From positions 14,231 to 78,230 of the forward strand of contig JBEKYR010000019.1 of NCBI GenBank assembly GCA_049510745.1: a DNA stretch of 64,000 nucleotides, in the 5' to 3' direction. The DNA is from Verrucomicrobiota bacterium. Its GTDB lineage: Bacteria > Verrucomicrobiota > Verrucomicrobiia > Limisphaerales > Palsa-1400. This document shows positions 1 through 9,723 of the stretch, one piece after another (the stretch's first letter is position 1; each line of letters begins with the position of its first letter). The notes under the pieces are model-generated. The model saw only the letters and a program-made list of their open reading frames with translations, was not told the DNA's origin and ran no database searches. A program made the translations under genes and the position numbers.

Positions 1-2493
1 CATGTCTTTGCCAACATCCAGACGCCTTTCGCGTTCCGCGTCTTCGCCGGCGACACCTTCACGCGCAGCGTCGCGGTGAAAGTGTGGCCCGCGCCGCGCC
101 TCCAGGACGCGGCCTTCCGCGTGACGCCGCCCGCTTACTGCGGGCTGAAGCCGCAAAGCGTCTCCGGCCCGCCCGCTCCGCTGGCCGTGCTGGCGGGGTC
201 ACAGGTGGAAATCTCCTTTGCCATCCAGCCGCCGGTGCAGTCAGCGACCTGGAAGCTCGGCGGAAATTCGGTGGCCTTCGGCGGCAACAGTTCGCACTGG
301 AAGGCGGTGGCCGCCGTCACCAACTCGGGCGCTTACGAAATTGAGGCGGCCTACCAACTCGGCGGCAAACCCCTGGCCGTTGCGCGCGGCGACGTCCAGA
401 TCATTCCTGACAATCCGCCGGAAGTCGATTTTGTCACCGAAGACCGCAATCGGCTCGTGCAGTTCGGACAGACCCTCCAGCTCGAGATTCTGGCCCGCGA
501 TGATTTCGGCCTGGCCGAGATTGCGGTGGTCGCGCGGCCAACGGAAAAGGACGAGCCGGGCCGCGTGATCAAACGCTGGACCTATCTGGGTCCGCCGGGC
601 AATCCGGGGCCTCTCCGCGAGTCGTTCTCGTGGGTCGTTGATCCGCGCCTGTTCGAGTCCGGCGCCTCTTACTATCTGGAGGCCTTGGCCAATGATTTCC
701 GCCCGGGCGGCCTTCCGTCCCGTTCGCGGCCGATTGTGTTGCGCCTGAAATCCTCGGATGACCTTGCCTTGCGCGACGACGATCCGCTGAAGCCCGCTTT
801 CGACGCGCTCAAACGCGCCAGTGCCGCTCAGGAAAGAGCCACTCGCCTGACGGCGAACCTGCGCACGTACCTTCACGACGTCCTCCAAAAGAACAGCCTG
901 GCCAGCCAGGTCAATGCCGTGAGCGCGCCACAGAACGAAGCGCGCGGTCATGCTTCCGAAGCCCTGTCACTCTTCAGCCAGCAAACCGACGGCAAGCCTT
1001 ACGCCGAGACTTTGTCCGGGCTGGTCCATCACGACATGGCGGCGGCGCAGGACGACCTTCGTTCCCTCTACGGGGCGGCTGAGAGTGGACTGCCCGGCCT
1101 GCTTGCCGGCCTTGAAACACGCCAGGGGCGGATTCTTACCGGTTTGCTCAGTTTGCTGGGCCAGATTGCCGACGCGCGAACCACCCCGCTCAACGCCGTC
1201 GCCGAAGGCAAGAACTCCAATCAAACCCCGGCCACGGACGAGGCCCGGGCGCGCGAATGGATGGAGGAGATGAAGAATTTCGTGGCCGAGCAGGAGCGCC
1301 TTCTGGAGAAGAGCCGCACGCTGGCGGCCAAGGAGCCGGAGGATTTGACTCAGGCCGACGAGGCGGTTCTGGGCGAATTGTCGCGCGACGAGGACAAGTG
1401 GGCCAAGTTTCTGGAGGAGAAACTGACCGATTTCAGCAAACTGCCGCAGCAGGATTTCGCCGATGCGTCCCTGGCGCGGGAGGGCAACTCGGTCTTCCAG
1501 GAGGTGCAGGAGGCCGCCGAGGCGTTGACCCAAAAGAATATCGAATTGGCCGTGCCCCACGAACAATCGGGCCTCGAAAATGCCAAGGAGCTTGTCAACA
1601 ATCTCGAACGCTGGCTGCCCGACACGCCGGACAATATCAAGTGGAGCATGGAGGAACCTCTCGCTCCGACGGACATCGCCCTGGCCGAATTGCCGAAGGA
1701 GCTTGAAGATATTGTGGGCGAATTGCTCGATAAGGAGGAGCAAATGACGCCCGAGGTCGAAGACGTCACCAGTTCCTGGTTGGATTCCGCCGACAAAGAA
1801 GCCGGCTGGGACGCGATCGATGGGCCGATTTCCGACATGAGCACCAAAGGCGTCACCGGAAATCGCCTGCCCAATCAGAACGAAGTCGGCGGACGTTCCG
1901 GCGAAGGCCGCACCGGCCGCAGTCACGGCCAGATGGTTGGCGACACCGCCGAAGGCAAAGGCGGGCGCGAAACGCCGACACGTTTGGAGCCGGAGCCTTT
2001 CGAACAAGGCAGCGTCAAGGACTCCGCGAAAAACGATTCCGGCGGCGCGACCGGCGGCGGCAAATTGTCCGGCTTTGGAGGCGAGGGGCTGCGTGGTCCC
2101 GCCCCGCCGCCGTCGAGCCAAAAACTGCCGCGGCTGGCCGAGCAGCAGGCCAAAATCCGGCAGCAGGCCGAAGCCCTGGCGCTGCAATTGCGCCGCTATC
2201 ACCTCTCCGGCGGCGAATTGGAAACGTCTGTCAACGCCATGAACCGGCTCGAACAAGCCGCGCACAAGGAGGACGGCCTGGGCGTGCGCCGGGCTTTCAG
2301 CCAGGCGGTGAACTCCCTCGGCGCCGCCAAAAATACCGTGCAAAGCCAGGCCGCCGTTCGGCGCGAGCAGGACAAGCTGCCGCCCTGGGTGCGCGAGCAA
2401 ATGCGCGTCGGCGTCCAGGACGGCGTGCCTAAAGGCTATGAGGAAATGGTCGCCGAGTACTATCGCGCGCTGGCCGAAGGAAGAAGCCAATGA
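1..2493 (+). CDS. Large DUF4175-like coiled-coil protein with Ig-like domain, 5'-truncated by the window edge
   Basis: Frame is open from base 1. Contains D-x-P-P-x-V and A-x-D-D-F-G-L motifs, a long helical region, a Gly-rich stretch and a C-terminal VPKGYEEMVAEYYRAL tail typical of such proteins. Confidence 0.6.
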   Translation, partial: HVFANIQTPFAFRVFAGDTFTRSVAVKVWPAPRLQDAAFRVTPPAYCGLKPQSVSGPPAPLAVLAGSQVEISFAIQPPVQSATWKLGGNSVAFGGNSSHWKAVAAVTNSGAYEIEAAYQLGGKPLAVARGDVQIIPDNPPEVDFVTEDRNRLVQFGQTLQLEILARDDFGLAEIAVVARPTEKDEPGRVIKRWTYLGPPGNPGPLRESFSWVVDPRLFESGASYYLEALANDFRPGGLPSRSRPIVLRLKSSDDLALRDDDPLKPAFDALKRASAAQERATRLTANLRTYLHDVLQKNSLASQVNAVSAPQNEARGHASEALSLFSQQTDGKPYAETLSGLVHHDMAAAQDDLRSLYGAAESGLPGLLAGLETRQGRILTGLLSLLGQIADARTTPLNAVAEGKNSNQTPATDEARAREWMEEMKNFVAEQERLLEKSRTLAAKEPEDLTQADEAVLGELSRDEDKWAKFLEEKLTDFSKLPQQDFADASLAREGNSVFQEVQEAAEALTQKNIELAVPHEQSGLENAKELVNNLERWLPDTPDNIKWSMEEPLAPTDIALAELPKELEDIVGELLDKEEQMTPEVEDVTSSWLDSADKEAGWDAIDGPISDMSTKGVTGNRLPNQNEVGGRSGEGRTGRSHGQMVGDTAEGKGGRETPTRLEPEPFEQGSVKDSAKNDSGGATGGGKLSGFGGEGLRGPAPPPSSQKLPRLAEQQAKIRQQAEALALQLRRYHLSGGELETSVNAMNRLEQAAHKEDGLGVRRAFSQAVNSLGAAKNTVQSQAAVRREQDKLPPWVREQMRVGVQDGVPKGYEEMVAEYYRALAEGRSQ

Positions 2494-3140
2494 ACCCCGC
2501 CCTCGTTGCCGCTTTTCTAGTTCTATTGTTGACATCCGTCCCCTGCCCCGCCCAGGCGAATTCGGTTTTGCCTCACGGCGACTTCGAGCAGCCCGACCCG
2601 CGGGACCCCGCCAAGCCGGCCGGATGGGATCGCGTCGATGGCCTGGGCGTTCAGTGGATCGAGGCCCCCGACGCCGCCCACGGAAAGGCCATCCGCATGG
2701 ATACCCGCGTCAGTGAGCAGGCCATGCAGGCGCAATGGGTCAAGCGGGGTCTGACCAATTTGTGGAACATCCCCAAGCCGGAGAAAAATGCGATTGCCGA
2801 AACCTACGGCCTCTCGCTCTATTCCGACCCGATCCCCGTCAAACCCGGCCAGGCCTATCGAATTACGTTTGATTACCAGGGTCCCGACCGCGGGGCCAAG
2901 GTCTGGGTGCGCGGCTGGGGCGTGTTCCAAGGCGAAAAACGGCGGCGCTGGGAAACCACCGTCACCTGCCATTGTACGAATGGCACGTGGACGACCTGCA
3001 CCCAGGTCTTCCATCCCACGCGGGCGCGCCCGGAAGTCACCGAAATGCGGGTGATGCTCTTTGCTTATTATCCCGCGGGCGTCTCATGGTTCGACAACGT
3101 CCGCATCGCGCCAGTCAACGAGCCGGAGAAACCGAAATGA
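2490..3140 (+). CDS. Secreted protein with a carbohydrate-binding/galactose-binding-like jelly-roll domain
   Basis: Signal peptide, HGDFE start motif, PVKPGQAYRITF and WFDNVRI end motif; ATGA overlap with the upstream gene. Confidence 0.6.
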   Translation: MNPALVAAFLVLLLTSVPCPAQANSVLPHGDFEQPDPRDPAKPAGWDRVDGLGVQWIEAPDAAHGKAIRMDTRVSEQAMQAQWVKRGLTNLWNIPKPEKNAIAETYGLSLYSDPIPVKPGQAYRITFDYQGPDRGAKVWVRGWGVFQGEKRRRWETTVTCHCTNGTWTTCTQVFHPTRARPEVTEMRVMLFAYYPAGVSWFDNVRIAPVNEPEKPK

Positions 3141-4285
3141 CGCCCCCCGCGTTAGCTTGGTTCGCCGGCATGATGGATCGTTGTCATGAATTGGCGGAAG
3201 CGGCCAAGGCGCAAGGCCGGCCCATCGTGGGCATGATGTGCGAATTTACGCCGCGCGAAATCATTCTGGCCGCCGGCGCCGTGCCGGTCTGCCTTTGCGG
3301 CGGCTCCGCCGCGACCATCCCGCCGGCGGAGCAATTCCTGCCGGCCAATCTCTGTCCGCTGATCAAGTCCACCTTCGGTTATCACGTCACCGGAAAAAAT
3401 CCGTTTCTGAATTGGGCGGATTTGGTCGTGGCCGAGACGGCCTGTGACGGGAAAAAGAAAATGTTCGAGTTGATGAGCGCCACCAAACCGATGTATGTGC
3501 TCGAACTGCCGCAAAAGGCCGATGACGCCGACGCCCTGGAACATTGGACGCAGGAGGTGCGCAAGTTCAAGGAGCATATCGAGCAACGGTTTCAAACGCG
3601 CGTCACGGACGAAAAACTTCGCGACGCCGCCCGGCTGATGAACCGCGAGCGTGGATTGCGCCGGCAACTGGCCGCCCTGCTGGCGCGCGAGCCGCCGCCG
3701 CTGACGGGACGGCAATTGATTGAGTTCAAAAGCATTATTTCCGGCATCGAAGCGGACCTTCAGCAGTATGAGCGGGCCGTCCAGTGGTTCGGCGACAACC
3801 CCGGTTCTCCCCCGCCCGGCGCCGGGAAAATTCGTGTTCTGCTGACGGGTGTGCCGATTGTCCGCGGCGCGGAGCGGGTTTTGGAACTGATCGAAGACGC
3901 CGGCGCGGTCGTGGTCGCCATGGAGAACTGTACCGGCCTCAAACCGATACTTGACGATGTGGAATTGGACGGGCCGGAGCCTCTTCGCGCCATTGCCCGG
4001 AAATACTACCACCTCCCCTGCTCCGTTATGACGCCGAACACCCGGCGCTTCGACATGCTTCGCTCGCTGGCGGCGAAATTCCGTCCGCATTGCGTCATCG
4101 AGCTGATTTGGCAGGCGTGCCTCACCTACGACATTGAGTCGTTCCACGTCCGCAAACTGGCTGAGGAAGAACTCCGGCTGCCTTACCTGAAAATCACGAC
4201 GGATTATTCGCCGTCGGACTCGGCTCGAATTTCGGCGCGCGTCGAAGCCCTGTTTGAAACGATCCGCGCCAAAGAATCATTATGA
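3137..4285 (+). CDS. Double-cubane-cluster-type anaerobic reductase (2-hydroxyacyl-CoA dehydratase/HgdD family)
   Basis: Cys pattern CEFTP, LCGGS, NLCPLIKS, ETACDGKKKMFE, ENCTG, PCSVMTPN, QACLTY plus TDYS. Start reset to ATG 3137, which overlaps the previous stop. Confidence 0.8.
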   Translation: MTPPALAWFAGMMDRCHELAEAAKAQGRPIVGMMCEFTPREIILAAGAVPVCLCGGSAATIPPAEQFLPANLCPLIKSTFGYHVTGKNPFLNWADLVVAETACDGKKKMFELMSATKPMYVLELPQKADDADALEHWTQEVRKFKEHIEQRFQTRVTDEKLRDAARLMNRERGLRRQLAALLAREPPPLTGRQLIEFKSIISGIEADLQQYERAVQWFGDNPGSPPPGAGKIRVLLTGVPIVRGAERVLELIEDAGAVVVAMENCTGLKPILDDVELDGPEPLRAIARKYYHLPCSVMTPNTRRFDMLRSLAAKFRPHCVIELIWQACLTYDIESFHVRKLAEEELRLPYLKITTDYSPSDSARISARVEALFETIRAKESL

Positions 4286-5088
4286 AATCAGCACCGCAAA
4301 TTCATCTCTCCGATGTCCAGGCCGTTTATTCCGGGCCGGAAGGCCGGCTCTGGGAACTGCTCATGGGCGAACAGATTCACCTCGGCGGTTTCCAGTCCTC
4401 GATGGACCTGGCGCAGCGCGCCGGCATCACCGCCGGCTGGGAGGGCGTTGACCTCTGCTGCTGCACCGGCGCCGGCATGAGGTTTTTGGCGCGCTTCCTC
4501 AACGTGGCGCGCATGACCGGCGTGGACGCCACGCCCGCCGTGCTGGCGCTGGGCCGCCGCCGCTGCGCCGAGGAAGGCCTGGCGGAAAAAATCTCGTTCG
4601 TCGAAGGCAACGCCTGCGCGACTGGCCTGCCTTCCGGCCAGTTCGATTTCGTGTGGGGCGAAGACGCCTGGTGCTACGTCGAGGACAAGGCGAAGTTAAT
4701 CGCCGAAGCGGCCCGGCTGCTCAAACCGCGCGGCAAAATCGTTTTCACCGACTGGATGGAAGGCCCGGCCGGATTGACCGGGGCCGAAGCCGGCCGCTAT
4801 CTCGGTTTCATGAAATTTCCCAACGTGCTCACTCTCGGCGAATACCAGTCGCTGCTCCAGGCCAACGGGTGCGCGGTGCATCTTGCGCAGGATACCGGCC
4901 GCTTTGCCGCCAGCGTGTCGCTTTACCTCGACATGATCGAAAAACAATTGACCTACGACGCGCTGAAGATCATCGGCTTCGACCTCGCGCTGGCGCAAAG
5001 TCTCGCCGGTGAAATGCGTTTTATTCAATCGCTCGCCGAGGCTGGAAAAATCATCCAGGGCCTTATCGTCGCGGACGAACCCCGGTAA
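4282..5088 (+). CDS. Class I SAM-dependent methyltransferase
   Basis: Motif I-like VDLCCCTGAG, GVD, FDFVWGEDAWCYV, LLKPRGKIVFTDW. Confidence 0.85.
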   Translation: MKSAPQIHLSDVQAVYSGPEGRLWELLMGEQIHLGGFQSSMDLAQRAGITAGWEGVDLCCCTGAGMRFLARFLNVARMTGVDATPAVLALGRRRCAEEGLAEKISFVEGNACATGLPSGQFDFVWGEDAWCYVEDKAKLIAEAARLLKPRGKIVFTDWMEGPAGLTGAEAGRYLGFMKFPNVLTLGEYQSLLQANGCAVHLAQDTGRFAASVSLYLDMIEKQLTYDALKIIGFDLALAQSLAGEMRFIQSLAEAGKIIQGLIVADEPR

Positions 5089-5102
5089 AACCAGCGCGGA
5101 AA

Positions 5103-6071
5103 ATGGACGTGTTCCTCACCAGCCCGTGGATTCCCGCCGAATGGATCCGGGCGCACGGCTTGCAGCCGCGGGGCCTCTGGGCGGCGGAAAATCTCCAGGG
5201 CGGCGCGTGGCCGCTTTCCGCCGGCGACTGCGCGTTTGCGGAGGCCGTGGTGCGGTTTGCCGAGGCGCGCACGGATTCCGCCGTGATTTTTTCGACGGCC
5301 TGCGACCAGCTCCGGCGCGGCTTTGACGCCGTCGTTCTCCACGGACAGGGCCGCGCGTTTTTGTTCAACCTGCCGGCCACGTGGCAGACGGCAGCGGCCG
5401 GGCAAATTTTCCGCTCGGAGCTGGAGCGGCTGGGACAATTTCTTTTGTCCATCGGCGGCCGCGCGCCGCCGGCGGAGGCGTTGCGGCAGGACATGTTGCG
5501 TTCCAGCCGGACACGCACGCGTTTGCTCGAATCAGCGCCGGCCAGTTCTCCGCGCGGGTTTGCCGAAGCCGTGGCGCGATTTCATGGCGACGGCTCTTTT
5601 TCGCCGCCGCCGCCGGACGCGCCGACAACTCAAATTCCGCTCGCCCTTGTCGGCGGCCCGTTTCCGGCGCCGCACTGGAAATTGCTGGACGAATTGGAAG
5701 CCGCCGGCGGACGCGTCGCGCTGAACGCCACCGAAACAGGCGAACGCAGCCTGTCGCCGGCGTTTGAATTTGAGGGCGGCGCAAACCATCCGTTCGACGC
5801 GCTGGTCCGCGGCTACTGCGACCACATTATTGACGTGTTCCAGCGGCCGAACACGCGGCTTTATTCCTGGCTGAAGCCGCGGCTGGCATCCCGCCGCGTG
5901 CGCGGCATCGTGCTCTGGCATTTCACCGGCTGCGATCTTTGGCGGGCGGAGGCGCAGACGTTGCGGGAGACTTTTGGCCTGCCGGTCTTGCTGCTCGAAG
6001 CCGGCGGAGAACCGGGCGCCGCGCCGCGCGAAATCAACCGCCTCCAGGCTTTTGTGGAAACGCTCAAATGA
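5103..6071 (+). CDS. Divergent 2-hydroxyacyl-CoA dehydratase-family subunit
   Basis: WIPAEWIRAHG, DCAFAE, STACDQLRR, GCDLW and a C-terminal RLQAFVETL; shorter and with fewer Cys than 3137-4285. Confidence 0.7.
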   Translation: MDVFLTSPWIPAEWIRAHGLQPRGLWAAENLQGGAWPLSAGDCAFAEAVVRFAEARTDSAVIFSTACDQLRRGFDAVVLHGQGRAFLFNLPATWQTAAAGQIFRSELERLGQFLLSIGGRAPPAEALRQDMLRSSRTRTRLLESAPASSPRGFAEAVARFHGDGSFSPPPPDAPTTQIPLALVGGPFPAPHWKLLDELEAAGGRVALNATETGERSLSPAFEFEGGANHPFDALVRGYCDHIIDVFQRPNTRLYSWLKPRLASRRVRGIVLWHFTGCDLWRAEAQTLRETFGLPVLLLEAGGEPGAAPREINRLQAFVETLK

Positions 6072-7453
6072 ACGCTCCGCCGCGCAAATTGAACCTGGAC
6101 CAGTGGGACGACCGCTACGAGCAACTTCGGCGGGACGGCCTGCGCGAACCCGGCTACGGCGGCCCGTTGCGCCGTCATGTCGCCCGCGAGAAGGATTTCC
6201 GGCTGCAACATTTGCAGTTCGACAACTCGCCCGCCGCGCTGCGGCTCTGGAATTTTCTGCTGACGGAAAACGAGCGGCTGCACCAGGCCCGCGCCAACGG
6301 CCACAAACTTGTCGGCACGATGAAAGACCTCGGCACCGTGCCGGTCATGGCGTACGCGCTGCCGGGCATGCGGGCGTTTTATCCGGACGGCGCGTGGTGG
6401 ACGCCCTGCCTGATGGAATGCAGCGACATGCTGTTGCAACAGGCGGAAAAAATGGGCATTGACGCCTCGTTTTGTCCGGTGCGCGCGATGCTGCCGGCCT
6501 TGGTGAATGGCGGGCATTTCCCGCGGCCGGATTTGCTGGTTTGCAGCGCCGGCGCAATCTGCGATGATTTTTCCGCCATCGCGCAACGTCTGGAACATCT
6601 GGGCCATTCCATTCTTTGGTGGGAAATCCCGCGCCGCCGCCCCCCTGCTTTGGGCGAAACGGCCTGCGCGCTGCCGGGCGATCTCGCCGCGCCGAAAATT
6701 CAAGTGGACTGCGTGCGGACGGAATTGCAGCGCGTGGGCAAGGCGCTGGGTGAACTGGCCGGAAAAACCCTGGACAACGACTGTTTGGCAGCTGCGATTC
6801 GCGCGGCCAACCAAGTGCGCCGGCGGCTGGACTCGTTGCGCCGGACCGTTTATTCCGCCGCCGCCGCGCCGCTGCCCGCCCTGGAAATGCTCGTCGCGGA
6901 AATGCTCGCGCTTCATTTCTGCTCCGACCGCGAGGAAACCATCGCCGTGCTCGACGCCTTGCTGGCCGAGGTTGAAGGGCGCGCGCGGCGGAACCAGTTT
7001 GTGGTCAGCGCCAAGGCGGTACGGATTTTCTGGGTGAATCCGGTGGCGGATTTGCGCGCCATGAACTTGCTGGAAGAAATTGGCGGACGCATTTGCGGTT
7101 CGGATTACATGTTCACCCACGCCTTGGATTTGATTCCCGAGAATCTGCCGCCGCTGGAAGCGCTGGCCCGCACCGCGCTGGCCGATTTGATGGTCGGCCC
7201 GACAGCCGAGCGCGCGGCGCGCATCGTCCGCGAATGTCAGGCCAACCGCGCCGAGGCCGTGGTCGTGTCGCGCATTCCCGGCGCGAGCCACTGCGCGCGC
7301 GAGGGAAAAATCATCCTCGAAATTGTGCGGCGAAAGATCGGGATTCCCGCCCTCGAACTTGAAATTCCGCCGGTGTGCGATGCCCTGCGGCCGAGCCTCG
7401 CCTCGCGGTTGCAGGCCCTGGTTGAAACCGCCCAGGCCAGGAGGACAAAATGA
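6068..7453 (+). CDS. 2-hydroxyacyl-CoA dehydratase-family subunit
   Basis: FCPVRA, AICDDF, GASHCARE and RLQALVE end. Start at ATG 6068 overlaps the upstream stop. Confidence 0.7.
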   Translation: MNAPPRKLNLDQWDDRYEQLRRDGLREPGYGGPLRRHVAREKDFRLQHLQFDNSPAALRLWNFLLTENERLHQARANGHKLVGTMKDLGTVPVMAYALPGMRAFYPDGAWWTPCLMECSDMLLQQAEKMGIDASFCPVRAMLPALVNGGHFPRPDLLVCSAGAICDDFSAIAQRLEHLGHSILWWEIPRRRPPALGETACALPGDLAAPKIQVDCVRTELQRVGKALGELAGKTLDNDCLAAAIRAANQVRRRLDSLRRTVYSAAAAPLPALEMLVAEMLALHFCSDREETIAVLDALLAEVEGRARRNQFVVSAKAVRIFWVNPVADLRAMNLLEEIGGRICGSDYMFTHALDLIPENLPPLEALARTALADLMVGPTAERAARIVRECQANRAEAVVVSRIPGASHCAREGKIILEIVRRKIGIPALELEIPPVCDALRPSLASRLQALVETAQARRTK

Positions 7454-8241
7454 TTTGCGCCGGCATCGACGCGGGTTCGCGCTCCATCAAGGCGCTGCTG
7501 TTCGACACCGACCGGGCGCAAGTTCTTGCCTCCGGCCTGGCCGACCAGGGCGTGGAACAAGAACGCCTGGCAGCGGAACTTTTCGCGGCGCTTTTGCGGG
7601 AGGCGGGACTGGAGCGGTCGCGCGTTTCCGGCGTGGTGGCCACCGGCTACGGACGCCATGCCATCCGTTTCGCCGACACCACCATCACCGAGATCACCTG
7701 CCACGCGCGCGGCGTCCACCGGCTGGCGCCGGACGCGCGCACGATTGTCGAGATCGGCGGACAGGACAGCAAGGTCATCTGCCTCGAAGACGGCGGGCGC
7801 GTGCGCGATTTTGCGATGAACGACCGCTGCGCGGCGGGCACGGGACGCTTCCTGGAGATGGTCGCGGCGCGGCTGGACATGAATTGGGAAAAGCTGTCGG
7901 AACTGGCGCGCCAGAGCAAAAAGCCCGCGCTCATCAGCAACATGTGCGTGGTCTTCGCCGAGACGGAAATCATCGGCCTGCTGGCGGACGGCCAGCCGTT
8001 GGCGGACGTGGTGGCCGGCGTGCAAAACGCCATTGCCACCCGCGTGGGGGCGCTGGCCGGGCGGTTCGTTTCGCCGCCGGTTTATTTCACCGGCGGCGTC
8101 GCGTTGCTGGCCGGCATGGCCCGCGCGCTGGAGGAGGTTTTGGCTTGTCCGGTCCGGGTCGCGCCGCGGCCGCAATTCACCGGCGCGCTCGGCGCCGCGC
8201 TGTCCGCCCGCGCGGCCGAGCCGCCCGGCGGCGGCCTATGA
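7450..8241 (+). CDS. Acyl-CoA dehydratase activase / ATP-dependent [4Fe-4S] electron donor (HgdC/BcrAD/BadFG family)
   Basis: GIDAGSRSIK, ATGYGR, TEITCHARG, EIGGQDSK, MNDRCAAGTGRFLE, GALGAAL. Confidence 0.92.
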   Translation: MICAGIDAGSRSIKALLFDTDRAQVLASGLADQGVEQERLAAELFAALLREAGLERSRVSGVVATGYGRHAIRFADTTITEITCHARGVHRLAPDARTIVEIGGQDSKVICLEDGGRVRDFAMNDRCAAGTGRFLEMVAARLDMNWEKLSELARQSKKPALISNMCVVFAETEIIGLLADGQPLADVVAGVQNAIATRVGALAGRFVSPPVYFTGGVALLAGMARALEEVLACPVRVAPRPQFTGALGAALSARAAEPPGGGL

Positions 8242-8313
8242 ACAAATTTTGTGAAATCGGCGAGGGTTTAGGTCTGGCGTTGCCGCTGGTGAAGCGGTAC
8301 CCTGTCTTGGTTC

Positions 8314-9723
8314 ATGCCGGATCAAAAACAGGAATTGCTGCGAGCGCTGCCAGCCATCACTGACTTGCTGAAAAGCGAAACCGCCGCCGGCTGGCTCCGG
8401 CAACATCCGCAGCCGCTTGTGACCGAATGTCTGCGCCGCGCGCTGGCCGGATGGCGGCGGCAAATCCTCGATGACGCCGCCAGCCCTGGCGGCACGGAGC
8501 ACCTCAGCGTTGAGACGGTGCTGGCACAGGCGGAAAAATTTCTCCAGGACGCCACCGAACCGCGCCTGCGCGAAGCCATCAACGCCACCGGCATCATCCT
8601 GCACACCGGCCTGGGCCGGGCGGTTCTGTCGGCGGGCGTGGTGGATTCGATGATGGACGAGTTGAAGGGTTATTGCACGCTGGCCGTGGACCGCGCCTCC
8701 GGCGAACGCGCCGGGCGCGATGAATTGGTGGAATACATCTTGACGGAACTGACCGGCGCCGAGGCGGCCACGGTCGTCAACAATAACGCCGCTGCCACCC
8801 TGCTGGCGCTGGCGGCGCTGGCGGCGCCCAAGGAAGTCATCGTGTCGCGCGGACAGCTCATTGAAATCGGCGGCTCCTTCCGCCTGCCGGAAGTGATGGC
8901 GCAAAGCGGCGCGCGGCTCGTCGAAGTGGGCGCGACCAACCGCACGCATCTCAAGGATTACCAAAGAGCCGTCACGGAAAATACGGCGGCAATCCTGCGG
9001 GCGCATCCCAGCAATTATCGCGTCGTCGGTTTCACCAGCGAAGTCGCGCTGCGCGATCTGGCCGAACTGGCCCACGGCCGCAATTTGATTCTGATGGATG
9101 ATCTCGGCGCGGGCGCGTTGGTGGATTTGAAACGCTTCGGCCTGCCCCACGAGCCGACCGCGCGCGAATCCATCGAAGCCGGCGCGGACGTGGTCCTGTT
9201 CAGCGGGGACAAACTCATCGGCGCCGGCCAGTGCGGCGTGATCGTGGGGCGAAAGGCGTTGATTGAAAGACTCCGCCAACATCCGCTCATGCGCGCCGTC
9301 CGCGTGGACAAAATCTGCCTGATGGTTCTGGAGCGGACGCTGCACCTGTTCCGCGACCCGGCGCGGCTGGCACGCGAGCATCCGATCTACCGCATGATCA
9401 GCACGCCGCCGGAAGAGTTGAAATCGCGCGCCCAGGAACTCGCGCGCCTGATTTCCGCCGAAGCTCCCAAGGCCGGAATTGAAATCGCCGAAAGCGAGGC
9501 CTTCCTCGGCAGCGGCTCGTTGCCGACGGAGGCGATTCCCAGTTTTGTCGTGACGGTTTCCCTGCCGGAAATGAGCGCCGCCGAACTGGCGCGGAGGCTG
9601 CGGTTGGATCGCGCCTGCGTTTTTGGACGCATCGAAAACGACCGGGTCTGCCTGGATGTGCGCACGTTGACCGGCGAACAAGTGCCGGCCGTCGCCGCGG
9701 CCTTTGGCCGTCTCGTCGCATGA
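8314..9723 (+). CDS. selA: L-seryl-tRNA(Sec) selenium transferase
   Basis: INATGIILHTGLGRA, VNNNAAA, SRGQLIEIGGSFRLP, EVGATNRTH, FSGDKLIG (PLP lysine). Confidence 0.97.
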   Translation: MPDQKQELLRALPAITDLLKSETAAGWLRQHPQPLVTECLRRALAGWRRQILDDAASPGGTEHLSVETVLAQAEKFLQDATEPRLREAINATGIILHTGLGRAVLSAGVVDSMMDELKGYCTLAVDRASGERAGRDELVEYILTELTGAEAATVVNNNAAATLLALAALAAPKEVIVSRGQLIEIGGSFRLPEVMAQSGARLVEVGATNRTHLKDYQRAVTENTAAILRAHPSNYRVVGFTSEVALRDLAELAHGRNLILMDDLGAGALVDLKRFGLPHEPTARESIEAGADVVLFSGDKLIGAGQCGVIVGRKALIERLRQHPLMRAVRVDKICLMVLERTLHLFRDPARLAREHPIYRMISTPPEELKSRAQELARLISAEAPKAGIEIAESEAFLGSGSLPTEAIPSFVVTVSLPEMSAAELARRLRLDRACVFGRIENDRVCLDVRTLTGEQVPAVAAAFGRLVA

